Virus record (IMG/VR): IMGVR_UViG_3300029448_007456
Span: 1 to 64,000 of that record
DNA length: 64,000 nucleotides
DNA from: a virus
Direction: 5' to 3' (one strand)
The notes under the pieces: generated by a model
What the model was told of the DNA's origin: nothing
Seen by the model: the letters and a program-made list of their open reading frames with translations, nothing else
The model's database searches: none
Made by a program: the position numbers and the translations under genes
Shown: piece by piece, positions 28,421 to 38,549 of the stretch
Numbering within the stretch: position 1 is the stretch's first letter
Layout of the letters: the number at the start of each line of letters is the position of its first letter

Positions 28421-28986
28421 TCAGTTGACCTGACGCCACGCACTTCTGGAATATAATGTTTCATCATATTTTCGATTCCAGACTTTAGTGTTGCTGTGGA
28501 ACTTGGACATCCTTGACAAGCGCCTTGCAGTTCTAACACAATCCATCCATCTTGGTATGATTCAAATATTATGTCCCCACCATCCAGGGCCACTGCAGGA
28601 CGTATTTTGACATCAAGTATTTCTTTAATTTTTTTTACTGTGTCGCTGTCACTGTCTTTAACTCCATGCTTGTTGTCGACATAATTTTTTTTGAATTGTG
28701 GTTCCCGTATTAATGGTTTATCCGTGGCAAATTGCGTAATGATAGCACCCATGATGGCTGGTTTCAACAATTTCCATTCAGCAAACTTATGCTTACTGAT
28801 TGTAATAAAGTCTGCACCATAAAACACACTTTCAACTCCTTTGATTTGAAAAAGTTGTTCGGCTAGGATTGAATTACCAGTGCTACTTTCATCTTGATAA
28901 AATTGTGTTCCATGACTCATAACTGTGACGCCAGGAATAAATTTTAGGGTTGCTGGATTTGGCGTTTGTTCTACTTGCACAAACAT
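28417..28986 (-). CDS. nfuA: Nfu/NifU family Fe-S protein with Nfu_N domain
   Basis: QTPNPATLKF; IRPAVALDGGD; GACQGCPSS. Confidence 0.9.
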   Translation of the reverse strand: MFVQVEQTPNPATLKFIPGVTVMSHGTQFYQDESSTGNSILAEQLFQIKGVESVFYGADFITISKHKFAEWKLLKPAIMGAIITQFATDKPLIREPQFKKNYVDNKHGVKDSDSDTVKKIKEILDVKIRPAVALDGGDIIFESYQDGWIVLELQGACQGCPSSTATLKSGIENMMKHYIPEVRGVRSTE

Positions 28987-28992
28987 GGAACA

Positions 28993-29625
28993 TTATGCCT
29001 CTAGCAATCTTGATTCTATAAATTTGTAATTGATCAGTTCGTTGATTACTCTTGTGAGATGTTCTTTTCGATCATTTTTGTAATCCAGATAGTATGAGTG
29101 TTCCCACACATCGAATGCGGCAAGTATATCAACATCTTCACCAACTGGATTATCTGCATTTGGATAAGTTTTAAATTTTAGATCTCCATTTTCTAAAACC
29201 AAATACACCCAACCAGATCCAAATCTTTTCATGCCTGCATCAACAAATGCTTCTTTGAACTGGTCCATTGTGTCAAATGAATCTTCAATATGATCTTGCA
29301 TTTCTTGTGATGGCTCTTCATAGTCTGGAGTCAATGATTGAAAGTATATAATATGATTAAAGTTTTGGCCTGCGTTGTTGAATATTGCTTGATCGTTATC
29401 TCTTGACTCAACAATAATTTGTTTGAGACTTTTGTCTTCATATTCTGTGCCTTTGATAAGGTCGTTTAATTTATCAACATATCCGGAATGGTGCTTTCCA
29501 TAGTGTAAGTCTATGGTTTCCCGACTTATTACTGGTTCAAGATCTTTTCTATCATAAGGCAAATCCATTATGGTGAACTTGCCACCGTTGACATTTACGT
29601 CATCTGCTACTTGATCTAGTTTCAT
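28993..29625 (-). CDS. sodB: Fe/Mn superoxide dismutase
   Basis: LHYGKHH, FNNAGQNFNH, FGSGW, DVWEHSYY. Confidence 0.9.
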   Translation of the reverse strand: MKLDQVADDVNVNGGKFTIMDLPYDRKDLEPVISRETIDLHYGKHHSGYVDKLNDLIKGTEYEDKSLKQIIVESRDNDQAIFNNAGQNFNHIIYFQSLTPDYEEPSQEMQDHIEDSFDTMDQFKEAFVDAGMKRFGSGWVYLVLENGDLKFKTYPNADNPVGEDVDILAAFDVWEHSYYLDYKNDRKEHLTRVINELINYKFIESRLLEA

Positions 29626-29807
29626 TATTTTTTCTTTGGTCTACCACGGCCTTTTTTAGCAGTAGTCTTTTTGGTTGTTTTCTTTGTTGACTTTTTTGTA
29701 GTCACCTTTTTTGTTTTCTTTGGTGTTATGGTTGTTGACTTTGTGGTCACAGCCGCAGATGCAGTTGGTCCACTAGTATCACCAAATATCCATTTTAATA
29801 TCTTCAT
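29625..29807 (-). CDS. Lys/Thr-rich histone-like protein with AT-hook
   Basis: KKTTKKTT repeats, C-terminal KKGRGRPKKK; sigma70 promoter and SD upstream. Confidence 0.65.
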   Translation of the reverse strand: MKILKWIFGDTSGPTASAAVTTKSTTITPKKTKKVTTKKSTKKTTKKTTAKKGRGRPKKK

Positions 29808-29857
29808 TAGTTTGGTCTCCTTTGTGTATATTATACTTATTTTTTACAATCTGTCAA

Positions 29858-30889
29858 TCACAACACAGGTGATCCAATTGATATTAATTCATATTGTGCC
29901 GCCAACAAAGATGATGCAAGATTCTTGGCTTTGGATTCGCACTGTATATCAAACAATTTTCCAAATGGTTTTATCCAATTGTTTGTTGGTATATGCCAGT
30001 AATAATCAGAGTGTGCTCTAATGGTTGTTCTGTTTTCTCCCTGTTCAAATAATTTTTCTCTATCCAAAAGTTTTGCCTGGTCAACCTTGTTGTGCAATAT
30101 TTCTTTTGGCTGTGAATAATGCATCACTGGTCGCACACCACGCCACGAATCAATGATTCTTTTGATCCTGTCATCATCTACTGTGATCCATTCTCCACAG
30201 TTGACCCAATGATGATGTATATCAAACACCAGTGCCAAATGTTTTTCCAATTGTAAAACATCACCTAGTCCCCATTTCATTTCTTCATTTTCAATTGTGA
30301 TAGTATTCCTTGCTTCAGGCGACAGTCTTGGCAAAACATCAATGATGCCTTGTGGACCTCTTCGCCCAGATATATGCACGTTAATTTTAAAGTCCTGGAA
30401 TGTTTTACCATAACCCATCCAACGTGCCATGTTAACATGATATTCAAATTCTTCAATGCTACGGTCAATGATGTCATCCGACTCTGATGCCAACACAGTG
30501 AACTGTCCAGGATGAAAAGACAATCTCACACCCAATGATCTTGCTGTGTTGCCAACTTCAGCAAAATGTTTTTCACAGTATGCAATCACATCTGGTTTGG
30601 ACCAAAAGTATTTCCATGTGGCTTCTGTGGCCACAGGTAATATCGGTGAACTTAATCTACACATACGCAATGAGGGAGGCAGTGCACCAGTGTATTTGAC
30701 CAGTTCATGTATAGAAGATATATTATGGCGCATGAGATCCCACAGTCTTTCTTCTGCTTGATCTTTGTGTTCGTTGAGCCAACGCACAGTGGTTGCTCTA
30801 CAGTTGAGTGGCTGTTCAGTTTCCTTTAATAGTTTGGGTTTAAGTGTTCTATCATGATGTAGATACTTGCAACAATAGCCTATACGCAT
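29858..30889 (-). CDS. uvsE: UV damage endonuclease UvsE/UVDE
   Basis: RIGYCC, RLSFHPGQFTVL, IENEE, FDIHHHW, HYS, HSD, ESKAK. Confidence 0.92.
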   Translation of the reverse strand: MRIGYCCKYLHHDRTLKPKLLKETEQPLNCRATTVRWLNEHKDQAEERLWDLMRHNISSIHELVKYTGALPPSLRMCRLSSPILPVATEATWKYFWSKPDVIAYCEKHFAEVGNTARSLGVRLSFHPGQFTVLASESDDIIDRSIEEFEYHVNMARWMGYGKTFQDFKINVHISGRRGPQGIIDVLPRLSPEARNTITIENEEMKWGLGDVLQLEKHLALVFDIHHHWVNCGEWITVDDDRIKRIIDSWRGVRPVMHYSQPKEILHNKVDQAKLLDREKLFEQGENRTTIRAHSDYYWHIPTNNWIKPFGKLFDIQCESKAKNLASSLLAAQYELISIGSPVL

Positions 30890-30903
30890 AACGCTATTAT
30901 AGT

Positions 30904-32013
30904 TTAAGAATACAAACTGTCAACATCTGATGGCACACCAATTGTTGCGTTTATTTTACACACTGTATCAACTACTTTGTTGATTTCATCATGGCTTAAC
31001 CATTGGTGACATGGTATACACACTGCATGATCAACATAAAAATCTGTATTAGGATATGTTCTATTATCTACATTAAGTGCAGGATATTTGGAAAAATTAT
31101 AGGTGTAATGTAAATTACATTCTATGCCCTTGTCATGCATCATTTTGGCAAACAACTTCTTATTTTTAGTAAAAATACAAAACTTATGATGATTGGAGGT
31201 GCTGTAGCCTGGTGATGGTTTGACCATAACTCCTTTGTTATCAAACACATCTTTGTAATACAGATTGATTTCAGTTCTGGTGTTTTGCCAACTGGCCAAT
31301 CTTTGCATTGAAGCCAAACATTGTGCTGACTTGTCTTCACTGGGTTTGCCGTTGATCCCTATCTGTGATATCTGCACTTCTTCAGCATTGTTATAACCAT
31401 TTGAATTGATGATTTTCAATTTGCCATACAGAGTGGCATCATCAGTTGAAACTGATCCATATGTGCCAAACACAGGTGCATTTTTATTAAAAGCAAAACT
31501 TAAAGTGGTCATGTCGCCATACTGTGTTGCCATGTTGTTACGATATTTGGTTGTAAGGCATTGAGCACTGTCGTTAAGCACAGGCACTTCAATGTCTTTG
31601 ATTTGGTCCCAGTCCACAGAATCGCCATACAAGCCAGTCACAATACATGCCTTGGTGTTTTTGGTAACAGGCAGATTAGACAAATCCATACAGCCATAAT
31701 TGTTGATGTCCACAAACACAGGAACTGCTCCTAGTAATTTAATTGGCATCACACTTGCAGGATTACTATAATTCACACACAACACTTCATCGTTTGGTTG
31801 TATGCCAATGGCCAACAACATGCTTGTAATAGCAGTTGTACCACTTGTGGTCACCACTGTGTGCTGTTTGGTGTGTTGCGAAATAATTTCAGCACATTGT
31901 GTTGTATAGGTGCCATCAACATGGTTGTCGTTACTGTATACATCTTTATAATACGCAGACAATGTCGGCATGATATCATTGTATAAACGTGACAGTGGAG
32001 CAATTTTAATCAT
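30904..32013 (-). CDS. DegT/DnrJ/EryC1/StrS family aminotransferase
   Basis: SGTTAI, GAVPVFVDI, DSAQ, SFAFNKN (PLP Lys). Confidence 0.85.
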   Translation of the reverse strand: MIKIAPLSRLYNDIMPTLSAYYKDVYSNDNHVDGTYTTQCAEIISQHTKQHTVVTTSGTTAITSMLLAIGIQPNDEVLCVNYSNPASVMPIKLLGAVPVFVDINNYGCMDLSNLPVTKNTKACIVTGLYGDSVDWDQIKDIEVPVLNDSAQCLTTKYRNNMATQYGDMTTLSFAFNKNAPVFGTYGSVSTDDATLYGKLKIINSNGYNNAEEVQISQIGINGKPSEDKSAQCLASMQRLASWQNTRTEINLYYKDVFDNKGVMVKPSPGYSTSNHHKFCIFTKNKKLFAKMMHDKGIECNLHYTYNFSKYPALNVDNRTYPNTDFYVDHAVCIPCHQWLSHDEINKVVDTVCKINATIGVPSDVDSLYS

Positions 32014-33152
32014 TTTTTTGAAGAGTGATTGTATCCTGGCATCATAATTCCAATTTGTTTTTGTTTAAAATCTGGTTGTGACCAAACATAATCAAACGTG
32101 TTTTCTACATCATCTATTGTAATTTTATACACATCTAAGTGTTGTGAAAGTGTTGACCAGATTTTATATTGATCATCAGTGCCAAAAGATTTCTGCAAAT
32201 TGCAATGGCCAATTTTAATATATCCAAGAGCAAGTTTAGGATCGGCAGGATCGAAACCATTTTGTTTCAGCCATGCATTAAACTGTTGTTGTTCTTCTTT
32301 GTGCCAAGGCGCAGTTGCTTCGGTTACATCTTTGCCCCACTCAATGTCAAATTCTCCAGTATAATATTTCAATGCATTAATTGTTGAACATACCACATCA
32401 TCCACAGGTGCACCATCTTCATCTCTAAACACTTCGATATGTGTTTTTCCAATTTGTGCCCAATGCAAATACACACCACCTATTTGTCGATCAAAACTAT
32501 TTTTTTCGAACATTGCAAAATCCTGTGATACAAGATTCTGTCTTGGTGCTTGAAGCCAAGTCATTATTTGACTAGGTCTTTGCCATTGTGGTTCAACAAC
32601 AGATTTGCGTAAACTCAACACATATGATTCAAGTTCATGACACAAATCATTAAGTTGCCTAATGGCGTATTTTGTATCGTAATCAGCAATTTTGTAATAT
32701 TTGCTTAGTCCCCAGGCTTCTCCTTGTAGATCCTCAAAGTATCTGTGTAAACGATTCATTGCATCATGTTTTAGCCTTAGACCTAGTGTGCCTGATTCGT
32801 CGCCATTGTCTGCTTTGCCTACAGGAAGATTACCAGGCCACATCACTGTGTCCTCGTTGAAGTGGTCATCTATGTGATAAGCATCCAGTCCTGCAACTTG
32901 CCATTTGTTAAATGTGTTGAACCTATTGATTTGCCATATTGCTTGATTTATTTCATTGCATAAAAATTTTACGTCTCTAGGATTGTTTTCTACAAATCCC
33001 ATAAAGCAGTAATTTTTTTCTAAATGATAGTCTTGCTTCAGTAGATTTTTGAGTTGTTGTTTCCAACGTGCAGTAAACTCATTGCTATCGATGTCAAAGT
33101 GAACATCAATGGTCTGATCTGGTGTTAACGGATTTCTATAGGTAATGATCAT
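32010..33152 (-). CDS. Hypothetical phage protein
   Basis: 380 aa, coupled between queD and aminotransferase. Confidence 0.6.
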   Translation of the reverse strand: MIITYRNPLTPDQTIDVHFDIDSNEFTARWKQQLKNLLKQDYHLEKNYCFMGFVENNPRDVKFLCNEINQAIWQINRFNTFNKWQVAGLDAYHIDDHFNEDTVMWPGNLPVGKADNGDESGTLGLRLKHDAMNRLHRYFEDLQGEAWGLSKYYKIADYDTKYAIRQLNDLCHELESYVLSLRKSVVEPQWQRPSQIMTWLQAPRQNLVSQDFAMFEKNSFDRQIGGVYLHWAQIGKTHIEVFRDEDGAPVDDVVCSTINALKYYTGEFDIEWGKDVTEATAPWHKEEQQQFNAWLKQNGFDPADPKLALGYIKIGHCNLQKSFGTDDQYKIWSTLSQHLDVYKITIDDVENTFDYVWSQPDFKQKQIGIMMPGYNHSSKK

Positions 33153-33598
33153 TCAACTGTATATACAGCAGAATTACGTTCATGTTCCCATATTTCGACC
33201 TTGGTTAGTTTAACACGGCCATCTGTTTTTTTATCAATCATAGGCGCCACATGATCATGCACAAATTTACAAGATGCTTCTATGCCAGGACCCCAGCCTT
33301 TGTCTACATCCATAATATTGATGCTCATGGTGCCTAGTGAATGCATGTTTTTAAACTGTCCAAGATGTGGATCATCTGATGCAAGAAGCAGTCTGTGATC
33401 CCACTGTTCTTCAAGCCATTGTTTTACATCTCTTAGATCACCAAAATCCATGACCCACTGACGTTCATCTAGTTCGCCTTCAAATGTAAATTGAATGTAT
33501 CTACCATAGCCATGCACCCATGCACAGTGTCCTTTGTCACGCCATTGTCTGTGTCCTACAGATATTGGCCCTAGTTTTTTTGTTGATTGAAACTTCAT
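33149..33598 (-). CDS. queD: 6-pyruvoyl-tetrahydropterin synthase/QueD family
   Basis: HR...HCAWVHGY, WVMDFG, DH, EIWEH..NSA. Confidence 0.8.
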   Translation of the reverse strand: MKFQSTKKLGPISVGHRQWRDKGHCAWVHGYGRYIQFTFEGELDERQWVMDFGDLRDVKQWLEEQWDHRLLLASDDPHLGQFKNMHSLGTMSINIMDVDKGWGPGIEASCKFVHDHVAPMIDKKTDGRVKLTKVEIWEHERNSAVYTVE

Positions 33599-34338
33599 TG
33601 TATGGTTATGTTATATATTCTAATTCTGTATCCATCCTGTTTCATTTGCATCATGGTGTCAGCAAAATCTTTGATGTTATACACTGTGTTCATTTCAAAA
33701 GGCCTTTTGTGTGAAACAATCATGACCAATTCATTTGGATTTTCTTCTTTCACAGTTCTAATGATATAGTCTGAAGAAGGCACAGTCAAGTCTTTATATG
33801 CACGATCTTGTTCATAATCGTTAGGATACACTTTCACTGCTCTGTCATTCAACACAAAAATTTTATAATACTGTTCGCTTTCACCATATATGGATATTCG
33901 CATGTGGTCATTGTTGTAGTATTCACCATTCTGGTTAAATGTAGCAGAAAAATTATGGTCAGGAGCATACATTCTTTCTATAGGAATCACTCTGCCCTGC
34001 ACTTTAGCAATACAAAATCGTCTACTATCACGTTCTTCAATGTGTGTGTCAAACTTACTGTTCTGCACAATTCCAGGAAATGCAATCCATTTAAATGAAT
34101 TAAGATTGCAATTGTCGTTGGTGCATGTTTTAATGTCGTTGACTTGTATGACTTGGCCTATTTCATTTTCAATCAATTGTTTTGTTGCCTTAAGTTTAGC
34201 AATTTCACAGGATTGATTTTCTGTGATGTTAGGTCCAAAGTCGTGTATGCCAATGGCAGTGCCAGACCATGCTGACAGTGACCAAAGGCACACAACGATT
34301 GTGGTGGTTAATTTACTCAATGATGTCTGATTGAGCAA
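33595..34338 (-). CDS. Secreted hypothetical protein
   Basis: Signal-peptide-like N-terminus, paired Cys. Confidence 0.5.
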   Translation of the reverse strand: MLNQTSLSKLTTTIVVCLWSLSAWSGTAIGIHDFGPNITENQSCEIAKLKATKQLIENEIGQVIQVNDIKTCTNDNCNLNSFKWIAFPGIVQNSKFDTHIEERDSRRFCIAKVQGRVIPIERMYAPDHNFSATFNQNGEYYNNDHMRISIYGESEQYYKIFVLNDRAVKVYPNDYEQDRAYKDLTVPSSDYIIRTVKEENPNELVMIVSHKRPFEMNTVYNIKDFADTMMQMKQDGYRIRIYNITIQ

Positions 34339-34861
34339 ATGCTTCTTCGACGTCGTCTTGATTGATAGTCACCACACGAGCGGGTGGATACCAATCCGTC
34401 CTATCGAATTTCATTAATATGAAAGATCTATAGTGTGATCCTTCATTAAGCACCACTTTGTTTACTATAACATAGCCACCCATGTCCAACTCATCAATCA
34501 CTGCTTGTGACATTTTAGTTGTCTGTTGCACTGTGTTACCTGAAACTACAGATCCAGAATCTTCAATGTATCTTTTGAAGTCACCATTGATGTAGTTCTG
34601 TAGTTTATCTGCAACCATGACCTTGGCGTCATGGATACCTTTGTCGATAGCGAACTGCATGTCTTCACTATGTCCTGTGGCAACTCCATACACCCATTCG
34701 TCATCCTTTGGATAATCAAAGAACCACTCGGGAACTTCACTGCCACCACGCAGTTTTACTGTATCAACATCTACGCCTTTGTTGATGTTCTTGTTCAATG
34801 GATTTATTGATGAACAAGCACCAAGCATCATTGTAAAGGCAATTATTACTAGTTGTTTCAT
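34313..34861 (-). CDS. LPP20-like lipoprotein
   Basis: Lipobox LGAC; VPEWF...YGVATG. Confidence 0.6.
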   Translation of the reverse strand: MKQLVIIAFTMMLGACSSINPLNKNINKGVDVDTVKLRGGSEVPEWFFDYPKDDEWVYGVATGHSEDMQFAIDKGIHDAKVMVADKLQNYINGDFKRYIEDSGSVVSGNTVQQTTKMSQAVIDELDMGGYVIVNKVVLNEGSHYRSFILMKFDRTDWYPPARVVTINQDDVEEAFAQSDIIE

Positions 34862-34891
34862 ACTGTTATTATACTATAGAAAGGTAATGTG

Positions 34892-35998
34892 TCAAGCACC
34901 AAAAAAGTCTTGATAAATGGGGATTTTTTGTGTGTATCTGCGGACTGATTGCACACTTTGGCCTTTTACTTCTATTGCATATGGTAAATCTTTGTAGTCT
35001 GATATGATTTGATCCACACTACTGAAAAACGCATCTGCTATGTCTTTGCGTCCTAGTTTGATCAATTCTCTGTGGGCGACTTTGTTTTTTGGTTTCTCTA
35101 GTTCTATTGCCGTTTTACCAAGCAGGTGAAAATCAATGAAATGATGTCCTGTGCTTTCCAGTCCCATTGCGTGTAGCATATCCAATTTTTTGTGTGCAGG
35201 TTGATTGCTGTAATTTATTAGATTGCCCGACACAACGGATGTGTCAAGTAAACCATAGGTCATTGCCACAGTGAGTTCGGGATTTTCTTTGTCAAAAAAC
35301 AATGGCAATATATTTTCACATCCCATTGTTTCGCTGATGGTAGAATCCAATTGGCACCAATACAACACATCGTTTTCCCGCACCACAGAAGGTTTGTCTA
35401 TGCCAGTGATAGTTAGAGTTTCTTCTAGTGGAAGATTTGTTTTTTTATAATACAAACCTATGATGTGCCATCTTCCTGGCAAATGATTTCCTTTCACAAT
35501 GTTGGGATTCTTGTACCATCCTTCGGTCAGCACTGTTTCTAACTCATCGATTGTTGGGTGTGATCGAATCACGGTGCCAATACATGAGCCAATGTGTTGT
35601 TCTGCATATCGCAGTGCTGGTTCAAATTCTATGTTTGGCCTAAACAAATTTTTATTGATGCTGGTCATTTCGCAAAACACTTCATCAATGTAGATGTCAT
35701 GAGCCACACAATATTTTAAAATTGAAAAACTATCAGTACCTCCTCCCAGAGCAAGTCGCAGATATTTGTGTTGTTTACGCAACTGTTTCAGTCTTGCCAC
35801 TATGAGATTTTTGATGTATTGATGATTTAGGTTTTTAGGACGTCTGATATTTTTGATTGAGTCAATATATTCTTGATCAAACTGGTAACTTGGAAAATGG
35901 CCTGATTGCTTTTGATAATCAAATGCTTGCCAAATGTTATGGAAATGCTTGTCACCGCACTCATACCATTGATTGAACAATATATGAGAGCGGGACAT
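34892..35998 (-). CDS. PP-loop (adenine nucleotide alpha hydrolase-like) protein
   Basis: LALGGGTDS motif; GIDKP. Confidence 0.55.
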   Translation of the reverse strand: MSRSHILFNQWYECGDKHFHNIWQAFDYQKQSGHFPSYQFDQEYIDSIKNIRRPKNLNHQYIKNLIVARLKQLRKQHKYLRLALGGGTDSFSILKYCVAHDIYIDEVFCEMTSINKNLFRPNIEFEPALRYAEQHIGSCIGTVIRSHPTIDELETVLTEGWYKNPNIVKGNHLPGRWHIIGLYYKKTNLPLEETLTITGIDKPSVVRENDVLYWCQLDSTISETMGCENILPLFFDKENPELTVAMTYGLLDTSVVSGNLINYSNQPAHKKLDMLHAMGLESTGHHFIDFHLLGKTAIELEKPKNKVAHRELIKLGRKDIADAFFSSVDQIISDYKDLPYAIEVKGQSVQSVRRYTQKIPIYQDFFGA

Positions 35999-36007
35999 AA
36001 AATAATT

Positions 36008-36760
36008 TTATGCTATTTTCTTTTCTTTTGCAAGTTCATTCACATCAATAAAAGACATGGTTTCATTTTTAACTAAGTTGTCAATCCATTCATTTCTTTT
36101 CACAATCAACATGAATGCATTTCTTGGTACTTCTGTAAGATTCTGTGTCTGATGTCCAGTAAGATCTGGATTAAAGACCAAGAATTGTCCTTTTTGCAAG
36201 TTGATAGACACATCAGAATCTGATGTTTGGAATTTATACCATGCACCGCCAGGTTGATCTGTGAGTTGGACAAATATTCTTAGAGTTTCACCAAACTTCT
36301 CAACGCCTCTTTGATTGTCAAAATCTGTGTGCATTGGCATGTGAACGCCAGGCTGTTGTTGGAATATTCTGATTCTTGTCTTGTCACATTCAAACCAGTC
36401 AAGGATTGCTCTTAACTTTGGTGAATTGTAATATGATGGTGTGTATTGACAGGTTGACGGATCTTCTTCGCCCCAAAATTGACCACTAATTTCAGTTGTG
36501 GTTGATTTTCCATCAGCACTTCTAAAAGCATTGTAAAGATATGCAGATACCAGTCCTTTGTCTTCATCTGTTTGAGCTGCTTCGTCGTGCTTGATCACTC
36601 TTTTTTTATAATCTAAAGCATTAAGTTCATCTTCCCATTCGCCTTGAAAAATGTAACTTGACGCATAGATTCCTGTAGTTGGATTGTATCCATTAGGCTT
36701 GTGATTGATGATATTTTCAATCTCACCTTTTTCATTTGTTTGTGTTTCAAACTTGTACAT
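36008..36760 (-). CDS. Cupin/Fe(II)-2OG dioxygenase-like (Asp/Asn hydroxylase-like)
   Basis: MPMHTD...GHQTQN...R HxD..H triad. Confidence 0.65.
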   Translation of the reverse strand: MYKFETQTNEKGEIENIINHKPNGYNPTTGIYASSYIFQGEWEDELNALDYKKRVIKHDEAAQTDEDKGLVSAYLYNAFRSADGKSTTTEISGQFWGEEDPSTCQYTPSYYNSPKLRAILDWFECDKTRIRIFQQQPGVHMPMHTDFDNQRGVEKFGETLRIFVQLTDQPGGAWYKFQTSDSDVSINLQKGQFLVFNPDLTGHQTQNLTEVPRNAFMLIVKRNEWIDNLVKNETMSFIDVNELAKEKKIA

Positions 36761-36875
36761 AGTTTGTTCTCCTATAGGTTTTTTCTTGCGACTAAAAGTA
36801 TTGCTACTTTATAGAAGCTGGCCCACGCATTCAAGCATTGAGGTCATTTAATGCTTCACGTCTAAAAGGCGTTGT
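36761..36875 (-). ncRNA. Putative structured 5' leader RNA
   Basis: AAGCAUU/AAUGCUU stem, AAAGUA-GCAA-UACUUU and UC-GCAA-GA GNRA hairpins, CC-UAUA-GG overlapping SD. Confidence 0.45.
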
Positions 36876-36899
36876 CTTGTATATTTACCTAACAACGCC
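36864..36899 (-). terminator. Rho-independent terminator with TAAATA in its loop
   Basis: GGCGTTGT/ACAACGCC stem followed by TTTT; TAAATA at 36882-36887. Confidence 0.7.
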
Positions 36900-36912
36900 C
36901 TGTGACATTTGA

Positions 36913-37920
36913 CTAGTTTAGAGTTGCATTGACGGCATCAATGCCATCTTGGTCTAGCCATTTAATCCATACATCAGGATATGCTTTGAGGAACGATTCC
37001 ACAGATTCTTCAGCAGTTTCTTGCTGTTCATCCATTTTTACGATCAAACTGTTGAACAAGTTGATGTCAATGGATCTTGTGCCTAGATACTGCATGACAT
37101 CGCCATTTTGTGACATGTCACTTGATACCATTGTGTACAGAGTTGGCACACTGAAATCTGTAATTTTAGGTGAATCACAATCTTCCTTTTGGATACAATT
37201 GACCCAATGATCTGTTCCTGCAAATCCTTTGCCTGTTGGGATAGGTTGTAGATCGTACTTGCTAACCATGCCTGCTGGTTCCCAATAGAATCCAAACCAG
37301 TGATCGTCACTGTTGCCTGCCTTGCCAATACTACCGTCTAGGCCAACACCTGAACCTGGATCAACTATTTCCCAACCTTTTTCTTCTGCTCCATAGGCTT
37401 CTAAGATTTTTACTGTTGTGGTTGCACAACCCCACCCCACTGGACAGACATAAACTTTGCCGCCAAATATTTGAGGATTGTCTAACACATCTTCAACAGT
37501 TTTAAGTTCTGGATATGCTTCAAGTGTCTTAGGAAGCACATACCAATTTTCGCTAGCTCCACCTGAGATTGGCTCTTCGTTGGCAATAACTCCTGTGCCT
37601 CTTGCCAACGCATCGTCAACAATGCCTTGCACAGTTGATGCCCACAGTTCGCTGGCAACATCTGGTTCGCTTTTTTCTGCAAGGCTGGTGGCCAGTCCTA
37701 CAGTTCCGCCTTGAATCATTTGAATATTACAACCATACACTGTTTCTAGTATATACTTGTCCAAGTGGCCTAAGAATGCCGCAGATGACCATGTCATTTC
37801 TGCAACAGTGATATCGCCACAAGTTGTGTCAGCAATACTTGTCTTAGATTGCAACATTAATGCACCTGAGAACAATAATGCCACCAACATTGCTAATGTT
37901 ACTCCTGTTTTAGTCTTCAT
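36913..37920 (-). CDS. Glycine betaine/proline-type ABC substrate-binding protein
   Basis: Signal peptide, AEMTWSSA, CPVGWGC, FYWEP (OpuAC/ProX family). Confidence 0.8.
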   Translation of the reverse strand: MKTKTGVTLAMLVALLFSGALMLQSKTSIADTTCGDITVAEMTWSSAAFLGHLDKYILETVYGCNIQMIQGGTVGLATSLAEKSEPDVASELWASTVQGIVDDALARGTGVIANEEPISGGASENWYVLPKTLEAYPELKTVEDVLDNPQIFGGKVYVCPVGWGCATTTVKILEAYGAEEKGWEIVDPGSGVGLDGSIGKAGNSDDHWFGFYWEPAGMVSKYDLQPIPTGKGFAGTDHWVNCIQKEDCDSPKITDFSVPTLYTMVSSDMSQNGDVMQYLGTRSIDINLFNSLIVKMDEQQETAEESVESFLKAYPDVWIKWLDQDGIDAVNATLN

Positions 37921-37929
37921 TTTTTCTCC

Positions 37930-38442
37930 TTATTGTATGTCCCATATTCTCAATATGGTGTGTGTTTGCTGACGAACAATTTGTTCACAAGCAAGTTTAG
38001 TCATTGCATACCATTGATGATGCTCTGACAAAGATGTAATATCAACATCTTGCACAGTAGGACCAAAAGGTATATCAATGATTTGATTTTTGTAGTCTTT
38101 GGCATTGACAAAATATTTGCCTATGTCTTGTCTGGACACAGGTTTAACTTCGTTGTCAGTGATGCCATACACCACTTTGGTGCTGGTGTAGACAATGTGG
38201 GCATTTGGAAATGCACGACATATTGTGACCACACCAGCCACTTCTTTTGAAAATGTTATGTAATCTCTGCGTGGTTGTTGTTTTCTGCAGGCTCTTGCAA
38301 CCAGCCAAACAGTGTCCACTTGATCATATGAATCGGTCCAATCAACCACTTGATGTTCAAACCTGTGTCTTGCTGTGACTGGTTTGTATGCATCTTTGAG
38401 ATGTTCACCAAGATAGCCTGTTGCACCTATCAACAGATTCAT
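37930..38442 (-). CDS. Short NAD-dependent epimerase/dehydratase-like protein
   Basis: GATGYLG, YTSTKVVYG, YAMTK (YxxxK). Confidence 0.7.
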   Translation of the reverse strand: MNLLIGATGYLGEHLKDAYKPVTARHRFEHQVVDWTDSYDQVDTVWLVARACRKQQPRRDYITFSKEVAGVVTICRAFPNAHIVYTSTKVVYGITDNEVKPVSRQDIGKYFVNAKDYKNQIIDIPFGPTVQDVDITSLSEHHQWYAMTKLACEQIVRQQTHTILRIWDIQ

Positions 38443-38549
38443 ATGTCTAAGTTACCAACATAATGTACAATCAACACAGTGGCCACGCAAGCAATTGCAA
38501 GGCCAATCCATTCAAAAATGTTTCTGTGTTTCTTGAACCAATCAAGCAT
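38439..38549 (-). CDS. Small membrane protein (36 aa)
   Basis: Manual translation MLDWFKKHRNIFEWIGLAIACVATVLIVHYVGNLDI; overlaps both neighbours. Confidence 0.5.
   Translation of the reverse strand: MLDWFKKHRNIFEWIGLAIACVATVLIVHYVGNLDI

Noticed and set aside
34892-35998. QueC call for the PP-loop protein
   Set aside because: Has GGGTDS but lacks the QueC C-terminal Cys zinc motif and is longer than typical QueC
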